Shown here piece by piece: positions 18,393 to 25,458 of a stretch of DNA of 64,000 nucleotides (within the stretch, counting starts at the first letter, position 1; each line of letters opens with the position of its first letter). A program made the position numbers and the translations under genes. The notes beneath the pieces are model-generated. The model did not search any database and had not been told where the DNA came from. It worked only from the letters and a program-made list of their open reading frames with translations. Origin of the DNA: Patescibacteria group bacterium (GTDB lineage Bacteria; Patescibacteriota; Minisyncoccia; UBA6257; 2-01-FULL-56-20); NCBI GenBank assembly GCA_038063755.1, contig JBBTUL010000008.1:17910-81909 (forward strand), read 5' to 3'.

Positions 18393-21300
18393 TTATGCCT
18401 CAAGAACCTTCGCTCGCTCACAGATAAACTTCGGCTCCCCGTCGCGCCAAGACATCTTTCCTTCGACGAGAACTACTTTATTTTCTTCCCACACTGATTT
18501 CGTCCCCTCGAGAATTCGCGGGAACACCACAAGCTCCATTGGTTTCGGTGAGAAATCCTCAAGCTGGACAAATGCCATCGGCTGCCCGTTTTTCGTGACA
18601 ATCTTTTTGATTTGCGAGATGAGACCTGCTGTTCTAAAAACGAGGTTTTCATTTTTCGTGGCGCGGAGTTCGTCGAGTGAACGTGCCTTCGTAAGCTTGA
18701 TTCTATCGGAAAGGGCGTTCAACGGATGATCGGACAGATAGAATCCAAGAAGCTCTTTTTCCCACTGGAGCCTCTGCTGAGTTTTTACTGGTTCTGCCGG
18801 AGCAAGTTGTAGTGGAGGTGTTGTCGCAGAAGTTCCTTTTCCAAAAAGCGATCCGGTTGATTGTGGTGTCGATCCTCGTTTTATTACGCTGTGGAATTTA
18901 AGTATCGTATCGATGTTTTGAAGGATCTGATTCCGTTCGATTCCCAGCGAATCAAAAACACCACTTTTCGCGAGACTTTCAAACGACTTCTTGTTCAAGT
19001 CCTTATCCTGCACGCGAGAAAGGAGATCGCTCAAGTTCGCGTATGGTCCGCGAAGCGAACGCTCTTCAATGATTGTTTTGGCAATATGGTCGCCAACGTT
19101 TTTTATCGCAAGAAGACCGAAACGAATTTTTCCGTCTCCATCCGGAGTAAAGTCGGCGAAGCTCGCATTCAAGTCTGGCGGGAGAACGTCGATATGCGCC
19201 TGCTTCGCCTCGTTTATCAGGAACGAAATGCGTTCAATATCTCCGGATTCTGCATTTAACAGCGACGCCATGAACTCATCCGGATATCGAGCCTTGAGAT
19301 ATGCCGTGCGGTAGGCGATCATGGCGTAGCATGCGGCGTGGCTCTTGTTGAAGCCGTATCGTGCAAACGGCGGGAAGAGTTCCCAAATCTTTTTCGCGGT
19401 TTTCTCATCGATTCCGCTTTTTATCATTCCTTTCACGAGTTTTTCTTCTTGCTCGTCGAGGAGAGACTTTATTTTTTTCCCGATTGCTTTCCGGAGCGTG
19501 TCTGCTTCCGGGAGCGTGTAGCCAGCGAGATCGCGGGCGATCTGCATCATTTGTTCTTGGTAAACACCAATGCCGTATGTGTTTTTGAGAATTGGCTCAA
19601 GGCGAGGATGGAGATATGTAATTTTTTCTTCCCCATGCTTTCTTTTAATAAAAGACGGAATAAGCTCCAGAGGTCCCGGACGGTAAAGTGCCACGAGAGC
19701 AATCAAGTCTTCGATTTGGGTTGGCTCAAGATCTTTCATGTATCGCCGCATGCCGGAGGATTCGAACTGGAACACTCCAGTGGTATTTCCAGCTTTTAGA
19801 ATTTCAAATGTAGCCGCGTCGTCAAGCGGTAGATTCGAGATCGATATTTCTTCTCCTTTCATGTCTCGGACAAGACGAACGGTGTCTTGGATAATTGTGA
19901 GGTTTTTGAGTCCCAGGAAGTCCATCTTCAGAAGACCTAAATCTTCGATCGCGTGCATCTCAAATTGCGTAATGATGTTTTCCTTATCCTGTGGAGCAAA
20001 CTGCAATGGAACGTACTCAATGAGCGGATTCTTCGAAATCACGGTTCCGCACGCATGAACGGAAGCGTGCCTCGCGACGCCTTCAAGATGAAGTGCTACC
20101 GTAATAAGTTTTTTTGCATCCGTATTGTTGTCGAACAGCTCTTTAAGGTCAGGGGTCTTTTTAAGTGCTTCATCAAGTTTCATCATGGGGGGAATAAGCT
20201 TCGCGATTTGATCGCAAAAGCCATAGCTTAAGCCCATGGCGCGTCCGGCATCGCGCACGGCAGCGCGCGCAGCCATCGTTCCAAAGGTAATGATCTGAGC
20301 AACCCTATCAGAGCCATAACGCTCTCGCGCATACGCTAAAACTTCGTCGCGGCGGGTATCTGCAAAATCAATATCGATATCAGGCATTTGAACGCGTTCG
20401 GGGTTTAAGAAGCGTTCAAAAAGGAGACCGTACTCAAGTGGATCAATGTCCGTAATGCGCAGTACGTACGAAACAAGACTTCCTGCTGCCGATCCACGTC
20501 CTGGCCCGACTGCTATGCCGTGGTCTTTCGCCCAGTTTACAAGGTCCTGGACAATCAAGAAGTAATCCGCGAAACCGGTTTTTACAATGACTTCAAGCTC
20601 ATATTCAAGTCGCTCTTTCGCTTCGGGAGAGGGGCCTGTGGGATATCGATATGCAACGCGTTCTTCTACGAGATTGCGGAGGTAAACATCTCGACTTATT
20701 CCTTCTGGCTTCGGAAACTCCGGAAGCAAAATCTTTCCGAGCTCCAAGGTTGTATTGCATCGTTCTCCGATTTTTACGGTGTTTTCTATCGCTTCGGGAA
20801 GATTCTTGAAACGTTCAATCATGTTTTCGGGAGAACTTATCGAGAAGTCATCTTCTTTGAGGCTCAATCTGTCGTCGTCAGAAAGACGGCTTCCGGTTTG
20901 TACCGCAAGTAGAATATCGTGGTATTCCGCGTCTTCTTTCTTCGCGTAATGGCTGTCCTGAGTCGCAACGAGCGGGATGCCGGTTTCTTTTGAAAGACGA
21001 ATGATGTCATCCCAAATTTTTACCGAATCCTTAATGTGCGGATGATCTTGTATTTCGATGAAAAAATTTCCTTTCCCGAAAATTTCCTCATATTCAAGCG
21101 CGACGCGTTTTGCATCATCATATTTTTTGTCGAGAAGCGCTTGATCAATTTCTCCGCCAAGGCATGCGGATGTTGCGATGATGCCTTCGTGATGTTTTCG
21201 TAAAAGTTCTTTATCAACCCGGGGACGATAGTAAAATCCTTCAAGATGAGCGAGGGTAACAAGCTTCATGATGTTCTTCCATCCCGTCTCATTTTCCGCA

Positions 21301-21569
21301 AGAAGAATTAAATGATGGTACCACTCGCCCGACTCCTTGCTTGTGCGGTTTTTCGGGGCAACGTATGTTTCAACGCCGAGAATCGGTTTTATTCCTTCTT
21401 TTTTCGCCTTTTTGTAGAATTCAACGCTTCCATAGAGCACCCCATGATCGGTGAGGGCTATCGTGTCCATTCCTAGTTTTTTGGCTTGGCCGACCAGCTC
21501 GTCGATTTTCGTAAGACCGTCAAGAAGTGAGTAGTGACTGTGAACGTGAAGATGGACGAACTTAGACAT
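18393..21569 (-). CDS. dnaE: DNA polymerase III alpha subunit
   Basis: N-terminal PHP domain (FVHLHVHSHYSLLDG) and polymerase core; 1058 aa. Confidence 0.95.
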   Translation of the reverse strand: MSKFVHLHVHSHYSLLDGLTKIDELVGQAKKLGMDTIALTDHGVLYGSVEFYKKAKKEGIKPILGVETYVAPKNRTSKESGEWYHHLILLAENETGWKNIMKLVTLAHLEGFYYRPRVDKELLRKHHEGIIATSACLGGEIDQALLDKKYDDAKRVALEYEEIFGKGNFFIEIQDHPHIKDSVKIWDDIIRLSKETGIPLVATQDSHYAKKEDAEYHDILLAVQTGSRLSDDDRLSLKEDDFSISSPENMIERFKNLPEAIENTVKIGERCNTTLELGKILLPEFPKPEGISRDVYLRNLVEERVAYRYPTGPSPEAKERLEYELEVIVKTGFADYFLIVQDLVNWAKDHGIAVGPGRGSAAGSLVSYVLRITDIDPLEYGLLFERFLNPERVQMPDIDIDFADTRRDEVLAYARERYGSDRVAQIITFGTMAARAAVRDAGRAMGLSYGFCDQIAKLIPPMMKLDEALKKTPDLKELFDNNTDAKKLITVALHLEGVARHASVHACGTVISKNPLIEYVPLQFAPQDKENIITQFEMHAIEDLGLLKMDFLGLKNLTIIQDTVRLVRDMKGEEISISNLPLDDAATFEILKAGNTTGVFQFESSGMRRYMKDLEPTQIEDLIALVALYRPGPLELIPSFIKRKHGEEKITYLHPRLEPILKNTYGIGVYQEQMMQIARDLAGYTLPEADTLRKAIGKKIKSLLDEQEEKLVKGMIKSGIDEKTAKKIWELFPPFARYGFNKSHAACYAMIAYRTAYLKARYPDEFMASLLNAESGDIERISFLINEAKQAHIDVLPPDLNASFADFTPDGDGKIRFGLLAIKNVGDHIAKTIIEERSLRGPYANLSDLLSRVQDKDLNKKSFESLAKSGVFDSLGIERNQILQNIDTILKFHSVIKRGSTPQSTGSLFGKGTSATTPPLQLAPAEPVKTQQRLQWEKELLGFYLSDHPLNALSDRIKLTKARSLDELRATKNENLVFRTAGLISQIKKIVTKNGQPMAFVQLEDFSPKPMELVVFPRILEGTKSVWEENKVVLVEGKMSWRDGEPKFICERAKVLEA

Positions 21570-21828
21570 GGTTCTTGGTGTACGCGGAAGACCCCGAATC
21601 AGCTTATTTTATGGTAGTATCATAGCCCAATTTCAGAGCTGTGGAAAGATTTACCCCCACACCAAAAACTTACATCCCTGGTTTTCTGACTTATACCGCC
21701 CTCCTTTCGGCCATTCATCTCGACATGCGCATACATGGCTTTTGGTGTGTGGGGTTTATTCGTCAGAAAAAGCCCCCTTCCGAATGAGGTGTACAAGGAT
21801 GGGCTTTTTCCGTAAAATGACGCTTGCG

Positions 21829-21866
21829 GCCACCTTAGCTCAGCGGTAGAGTCCCGCTTCGTGCGG
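21829..21866 (+). pseudogene. tRNA 5'-half-like fragment: acceptor strand GCCACCT plus a D-arm identical to that of the downstream tRNA-Thr, then a non-canonical CCCGC-TTCGT-GCGGG hairpin.
   Basis: The TAGCTCAGCGGTAGAG D-arm is shared with the tRNA-Thr(TGT) 70 nt downstream; no T-arm follows. Confidence 0.35.
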
Positions 21867-21942
21867 GATTGCGCTTTGTGGCTAAGGGCTTACCCTTAGG
21901 CAAAGCGGGAACAACTCTGGCGCAAGGTCCCGTTTAAAATCT

Positions 21943-22017
21943 GCCGGGATAGCTCAGCGGTAGAGCAACTCTTTTGTAAAGAGTAGGTCGCGAGTTCAAA
22001 TCTCGCTCCCGGCTCCA
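21943..22017 (+). tRNA. tRNA-Thr(TGT)
   Basis: Cloverleaf folded by hand: acceptor GCCGGGA/TCCCGGC, D-arm GCTC-AGCGGTA-GAGC, anticodon arm ACTCT-TTTGTAA-AGAGT, T-arm GCGAG-TTCAAAT-CTCGC, encoded CCA. Confidence 0.85.
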
Positions 22018-22081
22018 GGATAGGCAGATTCTATACGGGATAAAGAGAAGGTCCCCGGTTCAAATCCGGGAGGTGGCTCCA
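22018..22081 (+). pseudogene. tRNA 3'-half-like fragment: variable loop AGGTC, T-arm CCCGG-TTCAAAT-CCGGG, 3' acceptor AGGTGGC, discriminator T and CCA, but no matching local 5' half.
   Basis: AGGTGGC is the perfect complement of the GCCACCT acceptor strand at 21829-21835, ~250 nt upstream. Confidence 0.35.
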
Positions 22082-22154
22082 GTTGGGCAGGCGACGCAAG
22101 CTCCGGGCTTGTGTCGGTCTCTCGTTTTTTGCTACTATTGTGTTCGTACTAAGA

Positions 22155-22226
22155 GCCGGAGTAGTTCAGTGGTAGAACGCTTTCATGGTAAGAAAGAGGT
22201 CGGGAGTCCGATTCTCCCCTCCGGCT
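22155..22226 (+). tRNA. tRNA-Thr(GGT)
   Basis: Acceptor GCCGGAG/CTCCGGC, D-arm GTTC-AGTGGTA-GAAC, anticodon arm CTTTC-ATGGTAA-GAAAG, T-arm GGGAG-TCCGATT-CTCCC; no encoded CCA. Confidence 0.8.
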
Positions 22227-22326
22227 CACGTTAGACAATCTTGACCGCTATGGGCGGGATTAGATTTTCTTACGCCCCGCCGTCGGCGGGGCACTTTATC
22301 GTTTCTTCATCACGAGCCGGGAGAAT

Positions 22327-22599
22327 ATGGTCGTGTATTTTGTTTATATCCTGAAATCCTTAAAAACCGGTCATTATTATGTTGGATATACCAACAACAT
22401 GGCCCGGCGAATGGCCGAACACAACGGGGGAAAGACCCCATCGCTCCGGCGTCATATACCTCTTGAAATTGTAAAAATTGAGGTGTATTCTTTCTACGGT
22501 GAAGCGAGGGAGAGGGAGCGGCAAATAAAGAAATATAAGTCCGGAACCGCTTTCAGGAGAGTGTTGGGGTCTCTACCACCGCCCTCTGGCGGGGTGTAA
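22327..22599 (+). CDS. GIY-YIG (URI) domain nuclease-family protein, YhbQ-like
   Basis: VYILKS..G.YYVGYTNNMARRMAEHN is the GIY-YIG signature; 90 aa. Confidence 0.7.
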   Translation: MVVYFVYILKSLKTGHYYVGYTNNMARRMAEHNGGKTPSLRRHIPLEIVKIEVYSFYGEARERERQIKKYKSGTAFRRVLGSLPPPSGGV

Positions 22600-22636
22600 G
22601 ATTCTGTAATCCACTTCGCTTAAACAGAAATCTAAC

Positions 22637-22816
22637 ATGGCAAAAGCTAAATATGCGGACAATCTTATAGGGCTTAAATGCGGCGTTTGCAGCCGTCGGA
22701 ATTACTATACCCGCAAGAACAAAAAGAAGGTTGAACGAAAGATTCAGCTTAAGAAGTTTTGCGCTTGGTGTCGGAAGCAAACCGCGCATAAAGAAGGCAA
22801 GATCTCCGGAAAATAG
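22637..22816 (+). CDS. rpmG: 50S ribosomal protein L33. It is under the 60-aa cutoff, so absent from the supplied ORF track.
   Basis: MAKAKYADNLIGLKCGVCSRRNYYTRKNKKKVERKIQLKKFCAWCRKQTAHKEGKISGK: CxxC-N22-CxxC zinc ribbon and the bL33 pattern, in the classic position upstream of tRNA-Trp. Confidence 0.8.
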   Translation: MAKAKYADNLIGLKCGVCSRRNYYTRKNKKKVERKIQLKKFCAWCRKQTAHKEGKISGK

Positions 22817-23015
22817 TCCTTGGAGAACCGGGCTCGATTATCTCCTGCGAGGAATCGGCCCTGCATCTCGGACGTGGCGCTCCGCTTTGCGGAGTCCAAG
22901 CCGCTGCGTCCTCCGATAGCTTCTCCAAGAACTATTTTCCTCCGTACAGAGCAGACGGACAGGAAGGAGGGGAGGATTGGCGACCTTCTTTTTTTGTATT
23001 ACGCTAGAAGCGAAC

Positions 23016-23048
23016 GGGAGCTTGGTTTAGTGGTAAAACAGCGGTCTC
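23016..23048 (+). pseudogene. Exact 33-nt duplicate of the tRNA-Trp 5' half (acceptor, D-arm and start of the anticodon stem)
   Basis: GGGAGCTTGGTTTAGTGGTAAAACAGCGGTCTC is identical to 23169-23201; it then diverges into hairpins. Confidence 0.6.
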
Positions 23049-23084
23049 TCCCGATGCCCGACCATAGGTCGGGACCGGGATCCT

Positions 23085-23123
23085 CGATTTTCTAGAAATC
23101 ATCGCATATGATTTAGAAAATCG
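23085..23123. repeat. Strong near-perfect hairpin (16-18-bp stem) between the tRNA-Trp stub and the intact tRNA-Trp
   Basis: CGATTTTCTAGAAATCAT-cgcat-ATGATTTAGAAAATCG. Confidence 0.6.
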
Positions 23124-23168
23124 GGACAAAACCGCCAAAAGGTTTAGAGGTTCTACGAAGTTAGATAT

Positions 23169-23239
23169 GGGAGCTTGGTTTAGTGGTAAAACAGCGGTCT
23201 CCAAAACCGCGGTCGGAGGTCCGATTCCTCCAGCTCCCG
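23169..23239 (+). tRNA. tRNA-Trp(CCA)
   Basis: Acceptor GGGAGCT/AGCTCCC, D-arm GTTT-AGTGGTA-AAAC, anticodon arm GCGGT-CTCCAAA-ACCGC, T-arm GGAGG-TCCGATT-CCTCC. Confidence 0.85.
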
Positions 23240-23387
23240 CATTAGATTTTGTCACGCGTAGCGTGCTACAGAATCTTATGCCCCGCTATCGCCGGGGCAA
23301 ACCCACGAGAGAGCTGTGATTCATTTCATCTCTTTCCAAGAAATATATTTTGGTTATACTTCGTATATTCTCGAATCTCAGCAAAAA

Positions 23388-23472
23388 ACCTGTCAAAACT
23401 GTCCCGATTTTGTACGAGCAAAGCGAACAAACAAAATCGAGGATCCCGCCAGCGGGGCGGGACAAGGGAAGT
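23388..23472 (+). promoter_or_regulatory. Conserved ~85-nt leader upstream of Cys-rich paralog 1; a second copy lies at 25268-25354.
   Basis: Two hairpins: CGATTTTGT-N17-ACAAAATCG and CCCGCC-agcgg-GGCGGG. Both leader copies and the first ~20 codons downstream are nearly identical. Confidence 0.5.
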
Positions 23473-25254
23473 ATGAATAAAGAAATTAAAACCTGCCAAA
23501 GCTGCAAAAACCAATTCACGATCGAACCGGAGGATTTTGATTTCTACAAAAAAATAGCCGTACCGCCACCGACATTTTGTCCGGAATGCCGCCTGGCTCG
23601 CCGGATGAACTTTCGAAACGAGCGATCAATGTATCGCCGGACGTGCGATAAATGCCAGAAGAACATCATCGCCATCTATCCCGAAGGCAGTCCTTTGAAG
23701 ATATACTGCCAGCCGTGCTGGTGGTCCGATGCATGGGACCCGATGGCCTACGGATTCGATTACGATTTTTCCAAAAACTTTTTTGAGCAATTCAAAGACC
23801 TGGCCGAAAAGGTCCCGGCCATGAGCGATTTCAATACCAGCTCCTTGAACTCTGACTACTGCAACTACAGCGCCGATTGTAAGAACTGCTATCTCTTCAT
23901 TGGGGGTCGCCAAAGCGAGAACGTGTCTTTCGCAAACAGAGTGGTCACATCCAAGGATTCCCTGGATTTATATACCGGCGAGAAGTTGGAGCTGTGCTAT
24001 GAAGATGTGCAGTGCACCAATTCCTACCGTCTGTTCTTCAGCCGCTACTCGGAAGATTGCAGTGATTCCTGGTTTTTGTATGACTGCAAGAACTGCCAGA
24101 ACTGCTTCGGCTGTACCAATTTGAGGGGGCGGCAATATTACATCTTTAACCAGCCATATTCCAAGGAGGAATATACGAAAAAGCTTTCCCAGATGAACCT
24201 GGGTAGCTTCGCGGCGTTGGCAAAGGCAATGGAACGAGCCAAAAAGCAGACCTCCGGTGCCATCCATCGGTACGCCCATATCATTAACTCGCCAGGCAGC
24301 ACCGGCGACAACCTCTACAACGCCAAAAATTGTAAAGCGTGCTTCGACCTTATGGGTACGAATTCCGAGAACTCGAAGCACTGCCATTACTGCGTGGTCG
24401 GCAACAAGGACTCATATGACCAGTACGGGTCGCCGTACGCCGAGGATATGTACGAGACAATCGCCGTCGGTTTCGAATCCAACGAGAATTCGAAGTATCG
24501 TTTCAGTTATTTTATAAAAGGCAGCAGCGATATCTGGTATTCGTACAACTGCGTCTCCTCTCACAACCTGTTCGGCTGCGTCGGATTGCGCAACAAGGAA
24601 TACTGCATCTTTAACAGGCAATATTCCAAAGAGAAGTATGCCGCGCTCGTGCCGCGTATCGTGGCGCACATGGACCAGATGCCGTACACAGACAGGGGCG
24701 GGCGGCAATACAAATATGGAGAGTTCTTTCCGGCGGAACTATCTCCGTTCGCGTATAACGAAACCATCGCCCAGGAATATTTTCCGCTGACCAAAGTGGT
24801 AGCGACCGGCAGGGGACTCGCCTGGAAAGATGCAGAGGCGAGGAATTACCAGGTGACCAAGGCGGCCGACGACCTTCCGGACCACATTAAAGATGTTGAT
24901 GATTCCATCCTACAAGAGATCGTTGGTTGTGAGCATGCCGGCGCGTGCAATCACCAATGTACGACCGCTTTCCGTGTCACCCCGCGCGAACTCCAGTTCT
25001 ACAAGCAGATGGAGCTACCCCTGCCGCGCGCCTGTCCCAACTGCCGCCACTCCCTTCGACTAGAACAGAGGAACCCTCTTAAGCTTTGGAAAGGAAAATG
25101 CAAATGCGGTGGCGGAGTGTCAGGTGTGTACACCAATACCACCACTCATTTTCACGGAACAGATTCCTGCCCCAACACGTTCGAGACATCCTACGCCCCC
25201 GATCGACCCGAAATCGTCTACTGCGAACAATGCTATCAGGCGGAAGTTGCATGA
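23473..25254 (+). CDS. Large cysteine-rich protein (~590 aa, more than 35 Cys, many CxxC pairs and an internal repeat), family unknown; paralog 1
   Basis: Start chosen at MNKEIKTCQSCKN directly after the conserved leader. Internal repeat: ...NC.NCFGC.NLR...Y.I.N..YSKEEY... occurs twice. C-terminal CPNCRH...YCEQCYQAEVA. Confidence 0.7.
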   Translation: MNKEIKTCQSCKNQFTIEPEDFDFYKKIAVPPPTFCPECRLARRMNFRNERSMYRRTCDKCQKNIIAIYPEGSPLKIYCQPCWWSDAWDPMAYGFDYDFSKNFFEQFKDLAEKVPAMSDFNTSSLNSDYCNYSADCKNCYLFIGGRQSENVSFANRVVTSKDSLDLYTGEKLELCYEDVQCTNSYRLFFSRYSEDCSDSWFLYDCKNCQNCFGCTNLRGRQYYIFNQPYSKEEYTKKLSQMNLGSFAALAKAMERAKKQTSGAIHRYAHIINSPGSTGDNLYNAKNCKACFDLMGTNSENSKHCHYCVVGNKDSYDQYGSPYAEDMYETIAVGFESNENSKYRFSYFIKGSSDIWYSYNCVSSHNLFGCVGLRNKEYCIFNRQYSKEKYAALVPRIVAHMDQMPYTDRGGRQYKYGEFFPAELSPFAYNETIAQEYFPLTKVVATGRGLAWKDAEARNYQVTKAADDLPDHIKDVDDSILQEIVGCEHAGACNHQCTTAFRVTPRELQFYKQMELPLPRACPNCRHSLRLEQRNPLKLWKGKCKCGGGVSGVYTNTTTHFHGTDSCPNTFETSYAPDRPEIVYCEQCYQAEVA

Positions 25255-25354
25255 ATACCGAGATCCAAACCTGCCGAAACTGTCCCGATTTTGTACGAGC
25301 AAAGCGAATAAACAAAATCGCGGATCCCGCCAGCGGGGCGGGACAAGGGGGAGC

Positions 25355-25453
25355 ATGAATAAAGAAATTAAAAATTGCCAAAATTGTCATAAAGATTTCA
25401 CGATCGAACCGGAGCCCTTCGGCGGACTCAGGATTTCACTTCGTTTTACCTGA
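25355..25453 (+). pseudogene. Truncated N-terminal stub (32 codons) of a further Cys-rich paralog, fused to a second copy of the leader
   Basis: MNKEIKNCQNCHKDFTIEPEPF matches the paralog N-termini, then diverges and stops. Confidence 0.55.
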
Positions 25454-25458
25454 TATCT

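Noticed and set aside
21568-21849. 93-aa plus-strand ORF overlapping the dnaE start and running into the tRNA-like fragment.
   Set aside because: It overlaps the dnaE start codon region, covers promoter/inverted-repeat DNA, and its product is low-complexity.
21829-21942. Reading the 5' tRNA-like piece as a complete tRNA (Thr-CGT or Arg-TCG) with a canonical-position intron.
   Set aside because: The anticodon hairpin has a 5-nt loop, and no T-arm follows within 120 nt. The alternative folds need overlapping D and anticodon stems. It is reported instead as a fragment or unresolved split tRNA.
22731-23255. Several 60-90-aa ORFs on both strands across the rpmG 3' end and the tRNA-Trp region.
   Set aside because: The region is occupied by rpmG, the tRNA-Trp stub, a long hairpin and tRNA-Trp. 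These ORFs are read-through of structured non-coding DNA.
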